Source: Eledone cirrhosa | Taxonomy: Eukaryota | Length of the DNA stretch: 64,000 nt | Assembly: GCA_964016885.1 (NCBI GenBank) | Contig: OZ024751.1 | Coordinates: forward strand, 3,286,001 to 3,350,000 | Reading direction: 5' to 3' | In this document: positions 13,201-26,765 of the stretch, in pieces | How positions within the stretch are numbered: the first letter of the stretch is position 1 | Layout of the letters: each line of letters starts with the position of its first letter | Notes under the pieces: generated by a model | The model's database searches: none | Seen by the model: only the letters and a program-made list of their open reading frames with translations | What the model was told of the DNA's origin: nothing | Program-made: the position numbers and the translations under genes

Positions 13201-16200
13201 TACATATATGTATGTACGTGTACATACTTATATTTAAGTAACAGCCGTACTAAGATTGGGAAATGAAATTTCGTTTCATTTTTTCCGTTTATCGTTTTCG
13301 GTGCACCCGGCCGATTAACCCACTCGATATGCAAATTGGACTACTCATCCGTTAATATGCATAAGGTAAGTATATGCGTTCAATAATCTGGTAGGAAGGT
13401 ATACGTTGCTGACGATAGCTAATAAGCTTGAAACTAGTACAGCGTTCCTTTGTCCGTGTTGAACAAACGACCAACGATGGTTGTTAGAGACTACGGCTTA
13501 ACACGGGATGTTTGTTTACAAACACACCGAGCATTATAATAAATGTTCGTGGAATCCATACGTACATATATATATGTGTGCAGGTATGTATATATATACA
13601 TACTACTGTACGTCTGTATACATATATGTATGTACGTGTACATACTTATATTTAAGTAACAGCCGTACTAAGATTGGGAAATGAAATTTCGTTTCATTTT
13701 TTCCTTTTATCGTTTACGGTGCACCAGGCCGATTAACCCACTGGATTTGGAAATTGGGCTTACTCAGCCGTTAATATGCATAAGGTAAGTATATACGTTC
13801 AATAATCTGGCAGGAAGGTATGCGTTGCTGACGATAGCTAATAAGCGTGAAACTAGTACAGCGTTCCTTTGCAAGTGTTGAACAAACGAGCAATGATAGC
13901 TGCTAGACACTACGGCTTAATACAGGATGTTTGTTTACAAACACACCGAGCATTATAATAAATGTTCGGTGAATCCATACGTACATACATATATATGTGT
14001 GCATGTATGTATATATATATACATACTACTGTACGTCTGTATACATATATGTATGTACGTGTACATACTTATAATTAAGTAACAGCCGTCCGAATAGTGG
14101 GAAATGAAATTTCGTTTCATTTATTCCGTTTATCGTTTTCGGTGCACCCGGACAATTAACCCACTCGATATGCAAATTGGGCTACTCAACCGCTAATATG
14201 CATATGGTAAATATATACGTTCAACAATCTGGCAGGAAGGTATACGTTGCTGACGATAGCTAATAAGCTTGAAACTAGTACAGCGTTCCTTTGTCAGTGT
14301 TGAACAAACGAGCAACGATGGTTGCTAGACACTACGGCTTAACACGTTATGTTTGTTTACAAATACACCGAGCATTATAATAAATGTTCGTTGAATCCAT
14401 ACGTACATATATATATGTGTGCAGGTATGTATATATATATATATACTTACTACTGTACGTCTGTATACATATATGTATGTACGTGTACATACTTATATTT
14501 AAGTAACAGCCGTACCAAGATTGGGAAATGAAATTTCGTTTCATATTTTCCGTTTACCGTTTTCGGTGCACCAGGCCGATTAACCCACTGGATATGGAAA
14601 TTGGGCTACTCAGCCGTTAATATGCATAAGGTAAGTATATACGTTCAATAATCTGGCAGGAAGGTATGCGTTGCTGACGATAGCTAATAAGCGTAAAACT
14701 AGTACAGCGTTCCTTTGCAAGTGTTGAACAAACGAGCAATGATGGTTGCTAGACACTACGGCTTAATACATGATGTTTGTTTACAAACATACCGAGCATT
14801 ATAATAAATGTTCGGTGAATCCATACGTACATATATATATGTGTGCAGGTATGTATATATATATATACTTACTACTGTACGTCTGTATACATATATGTAT
14901 GTACGTGTACATACTTATATTTAAGTAACAGCCGTACTAAGAGTGGGAAATGAAATTTCGTTTAATTTTTTCCGTTTATCGCTTTCGGTGCACCCGGCCG
15001 ATTAACCCACTCGATATGCAAATTGGACTACTCAGCCGTTAATATGCATAATGTTCAATAATCTGGCAGGAAGGTATACGTTGCTGACGATAGCTAATAA
15101 GCTTGAAACTAGTACAGCGTTCCTTTGTCAGTGTTGAATAAACGAGCAAAGATTGTTGCTAGACACTACGGCTTAATACGGGATGTTTGTTTACAAACAC
15201 ACCGAGCATTATAATAAGTGTTTGGTGAATCCATACGTACATATATATATGTGTGCATGTATGTATATATATATATATACATACGTACGTCTGTATACAT
15301 ATATGTATGTACGTGTACATACTTATATTTAAGTAACAGCCGTACTAAGAGTGGGAAATGAAATTTCGTTTCATTTTTTCCATTTATCGTTTTCGGTGTA
15401 CCCGGCAGATTAACCCACTCGATATGCAAATTGGGCTACTCAGCAGTTAATATGCATAACGTAAATAAATACGTTCAACAATCTGGCAGGAAGGTATATG
15501 TTGCTGACGATAGCTAATAAGCTTGAAACTAGTACAGCGTTCCTTTGTCAGTGTTGAACAAACGAGCAACGATGGTTGCTAGACACAACGGCTTAATACG
15601 GGATGTTTGTTTACAAACACACCGAGCATTATAATAAATGTTCGGTGAATCCATACGTACATATATATATGTGTGCATGTATGTATATATATATATATAC
15701 ATACAACTGTACGTCTGTATACATATATGTATGTACGTGTACATATTTATATTTAAGTAACAGCCGTACTAAGATTGGGAAATGAAATTTCGTTTCATTT
15801 TTTCCGTTTATCGTTTTCGGTGCACCCGGCCGATTAACCCACTCGATATGCAAATTGGACTACTCATCCGTTAATATGCATAAGGTAAGTATATGCGTTC
15901 AATAATCTGGCAGGAAGGTATACGTTGCTGACGATAGCTAATAAGTTTGAAACTAGTACAGCGTTCCTTTGTCCGTGTTGAACAAACGAGCAACGATGGT
16001 TGCTAGAGACTACGGCTTAATACGAGATGTTTGTTTACAAACACACCGAGCATTATAATAAATGTTCGGTGAATCCATACGTACATATATATATGTGTGC
16101 ATGTATGTATATATATACATACATACTACTGTACGTCTGTATACATATATGTATGTACGTATACATACTTATATTTAAGTAACAGTCGTACTAAGAGTGG

Positions 16201-16991
16201 GAAATGAAATTTCGTTTAATTTTTTCCGTTTTTCGTTTTCGGTGCACCCGGCCGATTAACCTACTCGTATGCAAATTGGGCTACTCAACTGTTAATATGC
16301 ATAAGGTAAGTATATACGTTCAACAATCTGGCAGGAAGGTATACGTTGCTGACGATAGCTAATAAGCTGGAGACTAGTACAGCATTCCTTTGCCAGTGTT
16401 GAACAAACGAGCAACGATGGTTGCTAGACACTACGGCTTAATACGGGATTTTTGTTTACAAACACACCGAGCATTATAATAAATGTTCGGTGAATCCATA
16501 CGTACATATATATATGTGTGCATGTATGTATATATATATATACTACTGTACGTCTGTATACATATATGTATGTACGTGTACATACTTATATTTAAGTAAC
16601 AGCCGTACTAAGAGTGGGAAATGAAATTTCGTTTCATTTTTTCCGTTTATCGTTTTCGGTGCACCCGGCCGATTAACCCACTTAATATGCAAATTGGGCT
16701 ACTCAGCCGTTAATATGCATAAGGTAAGTATATATGTTCAACAATCTGGCAGGAAGGTATACGTTGCTGACGATAGCTAATAAGCTTGAAACTAGTACAG
16801 CGTTCTTTTGTCAGTGTTGAACAAACGAGCAACGATGGTTGCTAGACACTACGGCTTAATACGGGATGTTTGTTTACAAACACACCGAGCATTATAATAT
16901 ATGTTCGGTGAATCCATACGTACATATATATATGTGTGCATGTATGTATATATATATACATACGTACGTCTGTATACATATATGTATGAAC

Positions 16992-16999
<8 letters not shown>
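4263..16999 (+). repeat. Tandem array of ~421-bp HHR-containing units (retrozyme-like satellite, family A): inverted segment 4263-4605, then about 29.5 forward units
   Basis: The CTGACG core recurs at 4987, 5403, 5829, 6251, 6666, 7088 ... 16349, 16767 (29 times); units are highly similar; flanked by (TA)n. Confidence 0.95.
4982..5022 (+). ncRNA. Minimal type-I hammerhead ribozyme (representative of 29 array copies); predicted cleavage after GUA at 5017
   Basis: cgttg-CTGACGA-t-agct(aata)agct-t-GAAA-ctag-TA-cagcg; palindromic stem III ACTAGT; stem I extends through ctggca..aagg/cctt.tgtcag and gttcaa/ttgaac. Confidence 0.88.
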
Positions 17000-17039
<40 letters not shown>

Positions 17040-17043
<4 letters not shown>

Positions 17044-17302
17044 CAAAATGTTAACAAATGAAAAATATTCTCATAATCAAAATATATACTCTATTATACA
17101 TATTTCAAAAGTACTATAGTGTTTAAATACGTTTTCATCAGACAAAATATATGATTTGATATATGACACACTGCTACGGTTTTGATTATTCAATTCCAGT
17201 ACTGCCAATACTGGAATTGAATAATCAAAACTGTAGCGGTATGTCTAATCTATTGTAATATTGTATTCGTTGAGTAATCAACGAACCACACTAATCTTTG
17301 GT
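17040..17302 (-). mobile_element. Family B element with a minus-strand HHR (17087-17149) and an internal hairpin (17165-17246)
   Basis: Minus strand tattttgt-CTGATGA-aaacgtatt..agtactttt-GAAA-tatgta-TA-atagagta; homologous to the 3652 and 61388 elements. Confidence 0.72.
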
Positions 17303-17333
<31 letters not shown>

Positions 17334-17334
17334 C

Positions 17335-17450
17335 TGAAGACTAAAATCCGAAGAGGGCTCGATAAGGATTATATATATAAAAACCGTAGAGCAAATATTT
17401 ATTAAAATAGCAAATTAAAGTTTAATCAAAGAATCGCTGTTTTCACCCGT
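17335..17450 (-). repeat. Truncated copy of family G
   Basis: gaagactaaaatccgaagagggctcgataa...tttcaccc is shared with 20195-20360 and 31845-32037. Confidence 0.75.
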
Positions 17451-17804
17451 AATATATCGCAAAGCATGTTGTACGACGCGCCAAAGATTCTGTCAGGCCA
17501 CCACGAAGGCAACAGCAATAATAATTTATAATTTTGGCAAATGAGCATGTTAAACTTAATTTGGCCATAGCCCATTTCGTCCAGAGAACAAACACAATGT
17601 GAAAGAGAAAGAAAGCGAAGAAGAATCTACCCAGTATTAGATTCCTAATTTATACAACTCAATGTTGGCTTCGCTGACATTTGAACTCTGGTCGTGGAGA
17701 CCCCGAAATGAGCAGCATAAATCATTCTATTCGACATCCTAACCACTCCGCCACTCCGCTTCCTACATTTTCTTAAATAAAGACCTGCTATAGACAAATA
17801 GACG

Positions 17805-17819
17805 ATAGACGATAGATAG

Positions 17820-17905
<86 letters not shown>

Positions 17906-18010
17906 GTATATAGATAGATAGATAGAGAGGGAGAAATAGGTGAGAGAGAGGCAAGAGAGATAGGCACGAGAGAGAGAGATGTGGGAGAGAGAGGGACAAG
18001 GAGAGAGAGA
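17805..18010. repeat. (AG)n/(GATA)n microsatellite
   Basis: Read directly. Confidence 0.95.
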
Positions 18011-18509
18011 TACCATTGATCTTTCGATTGCTGATACTATCTGCTGGTCGCAACAGCTGGTAGAAGGAGCAAAGTGAAATAAAGTATCTTGCTGAAAAAC
18101 ACAATGTTCCTTCATCCTAACCACTAGGTCACACACCTTCACAAACAGATAAGCAGATAGATGATTGCTTTTGTGAATTAAATTTTTTGCTTGTTTTTTG
18201 TTAATGTGGGTTTGCGACTTAACGAAGATCTCACTCACCTGAGGGTATGCGTCAGCTCTTGCCTGTATGGAAACATCATAACCATGAGTGGTGGCCATGG
18301 CCCGCATTGTCTGCAACTGACCATATCTCTCTCGTTTTCTCCACTTGGCACGTCTGTTCTGGAACCAAACCTAAGCAGGACATGATTAAAACAAATTCTA
18401 TAGTATGATAGGTGTGAAATACACAGAGAAAAGTGTATGGAAATTATTTAGATGAAAAGTATTATTGTAAATATAGGCGTTAGAATGTTGGATAGAATGT
18501 TTTATGGTA

Positions 18510-18620
18510 TTCGTTACGGCTCTCTGCTCTCTGAGTTTAAATCCCACCGAGGTCAACTTTGCCTTTCATCCTTTCGAGATCGATAAAAAAATAGAACTAG
18601 TCTAGTATTGGGGCCGATTC
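18510..18620 (+). mobile_element. tRNA-derived SINE
   Basis: ctgagtttaaatcccaccgaggtcaactttgcctttcatcctttcgagatcgataaaa. Confidence 0.8.
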
Positions 18621-18951
18621 TTCCTCTATATCTCTTTCCCAATTTCTCTCTCTCACTTTCTATCTTTCTCTTGAAGAAACCTGCTGTTTGGAATGAGCTT
18701 CGCCAGGTTTAAAATGCCCAAGAAACGCCGTATATCAATACGGCACCCCTACGATTCTATCAGGAGATACGGGAACCTCCCACTACATCACTTGTCATAA
18801 ATGACAATATTTTTTATCATCCTGTTGGAGTTTATCTTAAGATATGATGAAAAAGGGTATATTTGTGGAAGGAAGTGTTGCTTCTTACTCTCTCTAACTA
18901 TCCTATTCGAACAACAGAATACATATTCATTATTCATGAAGCTATCTTCAC

Positions 18952-18983
<32 letters not shown>

Positions 18984-19074
18984 ACAACAACAACAACAAC
19001 AACATCGCCGCCGCCACAGCCGACACCACCACGGCCACCGCCGACACCACCACGGCCACCGCAGCGCGATATCC

Positions 19075-20030
19075 ATCCTGAAACCAGGGATCGCGCTACC
19101 GATTCAGCAGTTATGGCTCTAAGAGGAATGGCTTCAGGCTATCGGGTGAAACGATCAATGCAGGTCAGGATGTTTGAACATCCACGACTGACAGGGCAAA
19201 GTCCCACAATATCGATATGTATGTGGTAAAAACGTGCGTCAGGTGTGCTAAATGTGCCGAGAAGTGAACGAATATGTTCATGCAACATCGACTTCTGACA
19301 AGACAAACAGGAACGTGACCAAGCAGTGATATCACGTCTCATATTCGGCCAGAAGAATCTAGCCGAAATGAGTTTCACTGTGGTAGAAATTCCGGGGTGT
19401 TCTAGGCTGTGTAGAGAGTAAAAAACTATTCGACGATGAGTCTCTGGGACCAGTGGGCGAAGTGAATCTGTCGCCGTATCACACAGAATCTGAAAGTCCG
19501 AAGTGGGTACAGACAGGTATTTGAATTTGCAGGTTGCTAATTCTGGTGGAGAGAGATCCAACGACTCTAGGGTGGGCTGTTCTGCAACCATAAGATACAA
19601 GTCAATATTCGCAGGTGCTGACAAGGAATTCATGGGTAGGCGAGATAAGGCATCCGCCGCTGTATTTTGTTCACCAGGGATATGACGAATGCCATTCGTA
19701 AACTGGGAAATGAAGTCCAAATGACGAGTTTCCCGTGACGAGTTAGTGTCCGGCTTGGAACAAAGTGCGAACGTAAGCGGTCGATGGTCGGTACAGATCG
19801 TATATTGTTGGCCTTCCAGTGAATGCCAAAAAATGGCTAACAGCTCGCGGCCGAAAGTGCTATAGCGGGATTCGGCAGGCTTTAGCTGCTTTGAAAAGAA
19901 AGCAAGAGGTTGAAGCTGTTGTTGGTGATGATGTTGCAATACTGCACCTACCGCTGTGATTGATGCATCCACAACCAGCGAAAACTGGGCATCAGACACA
20001 TGGTGTGCAAGCAAGGATGCGTTTGCTAAA
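19075..20030 (-). mobile_element. Ty3/Gypsy pol fragment (RNase H, integrase HHCC zinc-binding region, start of integrase core); no LTRs seen
   Basis: ORF 19139-20095 contains VDASITAVGAVL, PLAFFSKQL..ESRYSTFGRELLAI, TDHRPL, H..HPG...FFWPNMRRDI...C..CQ and HIDIVG...LTCIDRFTR; a stop interrupts the integrase. Confidence 0.93.
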
Positions 20031-20194
20031 TTATGTTTATATTCATACGCGATCAAAACGATTGGTTTGTTTAACCAAATCACGTATGAATACACTGTTG
20101 TTGCGATATACGAAATAGCTCCGCTACAAGTACCTTATTTAACTGTGGTTAACCTCCGACAACACTATATATATATAGTAATAATAATACATGT

Positions 20195-20360
20195 GAAGAC
20201 TAAAATCCGAAGAGGGCTCGATAATGATAATATATATACAAAATATATAAAAGAACCCTAGAGCAAATATTTATTAACATAACAGATTAAAGTTTAAGCA
20301 AAGAATCGGTGCTTTCACCCTTAACGGGATCTTCTGAAACTAAAAAAATCAATCTGTGGA
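20195..20360 (-). mobile_element. Family G element with a variant HHR (20291-20341)
   Basis: Minus strand agttt-CAGAAGA-t-ccc(gttaa)ggg-t-GAAA-gca(9 nt)tgc-TT-aaact. Confidence 0.6.
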
Positions 20361-20699
20361 CGCAGAAGTAAATATTTCGAAAAACGTCGGAAAACCGAAG
20401 GAAAGCAAGAAGACGATACTTTGGTTCGTGGCAATGGACGGGAAAAAACGAGTATAATTACGTCGTTATGTGGAGCGTTGAGAATAATTCCACGCAAAGA
20501 CAAAAAACATGTCTATGGTATAAATGGAGTCAATAAACCAATATTCTATTTAGAAAACCGAATGATTCTCAGCTCCGGAGTTTAAGAATAATGTAAATAA
20601 ATGTGTTGAACGAAAATGACAGAGGTTATTAAAATCTTAAAAGTAAGTAATAAGATTTAGGCCAGTACATATACAATATATATATAAGTTTATCCCGGG

Positions 20700-22340
20700 T
20701 TTAATCGGGGGTAACTACAGTAAGGTACTCAATACAAAGCTGAGTATAAATAATTAATATAGAAAAGCTTCTACATGACTAGAACTGTTTCATTCGTGAG
20801 AAATCATCAGGAAGCTGACTGTCCAAGTAATATGCTGGTATTTATATCTTTTCTGGTGGTAGGAGAGGGTGGTGATTGGGATGGTGGAGGTCATTGGTTG
20901 ATGGGTTTAAAGAAAAGGGAATTTTTAAAAAGCTACTACTTCCCATTGAAGTGTATATGGTCTATTCCTAGTTTTCAGAGAGTGTATGTAGCTAGATAAA
21001 GAAGCAGAGTTGGCTAGATTGTGTTTTTTGAAAGAGTGGAGGTGCGAGTTGTATCTCGTCTTGAAGCAGTTCAAAGTAGAGCCACTATATGTTTTAAAAG
21101 AGTTGTTTGTGTTGACCGTGCATGAGTAAATTATGTCTTTGATTAAGTAATTATTACCTAAGGGGCAAGTCCTATTAGTTCTACAGTTACATTTATTCCG
21201 GATGTTTGCTTACCGGTTACTATGTTGTGTAGAAGTCTGGTTGCTAGGGATATCATTAGGGTAATGATGGTTGTCATTCCTATTGTTATTGATTTCATTA
21301 GTGCTATTACCATTATTACTATTACTACTAGGATTTACAGGTACTGAGTTTACCTCCTGTTATGTTTTAATTAGTTGGAAATAATTATTAATCTTCCTTT
21401 TATTACTACTAGCTATATAGTATGCGATGTTAGGTGTGGTAGAGTAAGAGATTTTAATGGTATTTTTATTTTTATGGTATTTGTGGCCAGATGGGAAGTT
21501 TTTTCCAGGATTGAGAAGAAAGCCTTAAGCAAGTTGGTAGAGACGTTTAGATTGAAAGGGGGATTGAACAATGTATTAGTTCTTCTATTTTTGTTTTTTG
21601 TAATGTTTTTTGGGGTATTTGTATTTCTGTTTATATTATTATTGTGGTGTTTACTTTGGTGCGAGTTAAGTTTGTTATTACCCTTCGTATTAGAGTTAGA
21701 GTGGCTAACTAGGATTACTATTAAAGTCTTCCTTATGGTCTTTCAGAGAGAATCTTGGGGGGTTAGGGTGTATGGATGTGTATGTGTATGAAGTCCTAAT
21801 TTACACACTATACTACGGCCGTCTATATTTATATCTTCTAGGTTTTTAATAGTAGTTTTCTTATAGGCTCCTATGTAGTTCTTTATATATAAATTTTCTA
21901 TATGTATCGTAATCTAAGTTATATATATATTATTAATTTTATCTGCATGTACTAGAATTTTTTTTTTTTATTAAATCCTTTAATAGTGGAGTTAAGGTTG
22001 TTTAAAAAGGTGTTGTTTCTATTACGATGTTTTTGTACCTTATGTTCTTAACTAGTTTTATTAGATGATTTTCAAAAGAGTTTAATAAGGTGTTGTGAGG
22101 AGGGCTTTTAAAAGTTTTAAAGCCGTAAGAGTCGAAATTGTTTGTATCTCTGTTTTTGTCTGATCGGTTTCTATCGTAATGGAATGTCCTCCATCTCATT
22201 CTATTGATAAAAGAGTTGACACTATTAATAAATAATTTTTCATATGTATCTTTAGATGGTATTGGTATGTTCTTAGTAGACATAGGAAGGTAATCTTTTA
22301 TTAGCATACTGGTAATTTAATGTATGTTAGCTCAACAGTA
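20700..22340 (-). mobile_element. Degenerate, internally deleted Penelope-like element with an HHR in the 3' pLTR (20766-20816)
   Basis: ORF 22002-22307 (KNIPIPS..FINRMRWR) is a PLE-type N-terminus; CNC...CPL and GIY-YIG remnants at ~21050-21200; agcttc-CTGATGA-tttctcacgaat-GAAA-cag...atg-TA-gaagct. Confidence 0.8.
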
Positions 22341-22349
22341 TGGAGCAGA

Positions 22350-22730
22350 TAATAATAATAATTGTTTCTACTTTTGGCACAAGGCCAGCAATTACCCAGT
22401 ACATTACTGGTACTTTATTTTATCGACCCCGTAAAGATGAAAGACAAAGTTGACCTCGGCGAGATTTGAACTTAGAATGGAAAGGGCCGAAACTCTATGC
22501 GTCAAAGCATGACGTCCGACCCTCTACCGATACTGCCAATCCACCGCAGTTAATAATAATAATTGTTTCTACTTTTGGCACAAGGCCAGCAAATAACCAG
22601 TACATTACTGGTACTTTATTTTATCGACCCCGTAAGGATGAAAGGCAAAGTTAACTTCGACGGGATTTGAACTCAGACCGTAAAGGGACGTAACTATGCT
22701 GGAAAGCATGGTGTCCGACCCTCTTCGTTT
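22350..22730 (-). mobile_element. Two tandem tRNA-derived SINEs with (TTA)n tails
   Basis: The SINE core motif occurs twice; a partial copy lies at 23715-23815. Confidence 0.88.
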
Positions 22731-24841
22731 CTTCCAAACTTTCGTTTGGAGTCATCGGAGCATTAGCAATGTTTGTACATATAATTAACCTCCTATTCAA
22801 CTGAACAATCATAGAGATACATATATATTGATGTTGTGAACAACAGTTTCGTATTTACAGGGTGTAATGGATGTGACAGATATTATACGAGAATTGTACA
22901 ATAATTCAAATTCAAATTAAAAGCACAGAGTGGAATACATGCGACAGATAATACAAGAGAATAGTCTAATAATTAAAGAGGCATTGAGAAAGAATGAGGA
23001 CACTAGCAGTACATATGCAAGCGTGTAGAAAGTGCACATGCGTTAGTCATATATATGAGAAGGAAACAAGCAAAGGTATTAGGCATATATAAATAAATAA
23101 ATAAATAAATAAATACTGTATGGCAAAGGTATCACATAAAATATTAGCATATTAAGCAAATGTTTTAGTGTATTAAAATTTACGGTGGATGTTATGTGAT
23201 GATAGTGTTCAAATTTGTATGTTTTGAGAGTATCAATGTTATTGTTTTCTTTTCCATTACATATGTTAAATTATATTTTAGTTAATGTTTATATTGAATG
23301 TTTTTAGTTAGTTACAGCAATGGATTGTAAAATGGTCTTATTGTATTCTTATTCATGGATTAGAGTTGTTCTACAACGAGTTATTCTAACGGTTTAATTT
23401 CAGGAAGTGAGTATGAGATCCAAAATTAAGGGGAGATAATGCGTAAGGGGAGGTAACTAGCTAATTAAATTAAATTATATGGGAAAGTATCAATTAATTA
23501 AATTATTTTCTCTAATATATAATATATTGTGTTACAAGTGAATCCCTTCTACATAATGTTATATACTTATATTTAATTTTAAATACAGACTATTTTCCTA
23601 TAATACATTAAAGGTCTCATTAGATTGTTATCTTGTCCATTACTGGACAAGATATAAGTTATGGAAAAATGTATAGCTGTTTACATGTCCAATTAGTTAA
23701 ATCATTTGTGTTAATAATTGTTTCTACTTTTGGCACAAGACCAGCAATTACCGAGTGTATTACTGGTACTTTATTTTATTGACCCTGTAAGGATGAAAGG
23801 CAAGGGCCGTAACTCTATGTGTTAATAATATACGTAATATTGCGTTAAAAGTTAATCCCTTATATACAATGCTATTAATTTATATATTTAATTATAAATG
23901 TATATATAATTTATTATCACATATAACATTAAATGTCTCTACATATATATCTATTATTGTATATAATATAAGTAAGCTATAGTAGTTATATTAAAAGGGG
24001 GTAATGTTATGTTTATTTCTAATAGTTATTGTAGAGTATAAGGTTTGAGATAAATAGGAGTCGTGTAGAGGAAAGAGTTGATCAAAGAGTGTGATACTGT
24101 GGGGGCTGATAATTGTGTAACCTCTGTCTTCTAGAGACCCGTACTATAATCTTTTCGAAACTAGACCTCCTAAAGAGAAAATCAGAGGTGTTTTCCTCAT
24201 GCCAGCACCACTACCGACACTCGTTCCATAATTTTAAACATAGCTGCTAGTATATAACAATGTCAGATTTGGATTTCTCACCACCATTAACCCTTCTCTA
24301 GGACTTATTAGCCCCCACAGGTACATGAAAGTCACTGAGTTGCAGAAACCCTATACCGGATTTTACCATTTCCGAAAGGGGTACGGGTAAATTTTTCAAC
24401 CATATATCACTATTTGTTTGACACGAATAGCTTGTTCGCGTTTTTGGCTTTGCGGTTAATGGTTTAACCATTGTCTTAGTGTGTATGGCCTTTTAAACGT
24501 ATGTTTATTGCTCTAGAACACTCGTATCTATCGAGCGCTTGCCACACAATTCGGAAGCTGTTTTTCGCTAATTTCCACTAGACGAAATGCGATTCTCGCT
24601 AATTTATATTTGTATTAACCTCCAGAGTCTAGCTATTAACCAGTTAATTTTTTTGATTTTTTTAGTTAATTCTATTGACTGATTAATAGCTTATGTTTAT
24701 TTTAAAAACTATTCTGTCGAGAGCTTTATTCGTTTTCTGATATTTTGCAATTTTACAATAACCACAACTACTGATTTCATCCGCCAAAACTAGGGGTTCT
24801 CTCCATTTTGAGTCCGCACGTACGTTCAGATCACGGCGAGA

Positions 24842-25047
24842 CCCATCTTGTTTTTGTGTGTGTTGTGTGCTTAGTTTGCGCATGTGTTACATCCGGGTGT
24901 CTGTGTGTGTTTATATTTGTTTATTTATTTGTTTATTTACATGTTACTGGTTGGTTGTTTTTACTATGTGTGTGTATAAACACACACAGACACCCGGCTG
25001 TAGCACATGCGCAAATTAAGCTCACAACACACACATAAACAAGATGG
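24842..25047. repeat. Inverted repeat with ~73-bp arms and a ~60-bp spacer
   Basis: ccatcttgttt...gggtgtctgtgtgtgtttata / tataaacacacacagacaccc...aaacaagatgg. Confidence 0.85.
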
Positions 25048-25353
25048 CGTAGGACATAACAAAGAAGAGGCACAAAAACAAAGAAAAGAATCACCAGTCA
25101 CTGAAGAGGTCACAGAATGTGTGACGAAAGAAATTTGACAATATATGAACAATCGTCTGGTTGTGGAACCAACCAACCAACCAACCGGAAATTTATAAAT
25201 TCCTAAATTTATAAATTTAATTTATAATAAATTGAAGTGAAAGCATCTGGTGCGTGTGTTTCTTATTGGCAACATGACCCTCCCAAAGTATAACAATATC
25301 GGTTTCAACACAGCTTTTCAGATAAAGAGTCTTGCTAAACAAATTCAGAAACG

Positions 25354-25421
<68 letters not shown>

Positions 25422-25474
25422 ATGTGTGTATATGCGTATATTTATTGTATGTATGTGTATGTGTGTATGTATAT

Positions 25475-26764
<1,290 letters not shown>

Positions 26765-26765
<1 letters not shown>

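Noticed and set aside
4263-16999. CRISPR-like array
   Set aside because: Whole units repeat with no unique spacers, there are no cas genes, and the context is eukaryotic
4661-17119. Recurrent 60-90 aa ORFs in the array (MHIEWVNRPG..., MFVYKH...)
   Set aside because: Their frames change with (TA)n length between units and they have no domain; they are by-products of the repeat
17645-18316. 223-aa ORF
   Set aside because: It spans an (AG)n tract and a SINE remnant, with no protein-like signal
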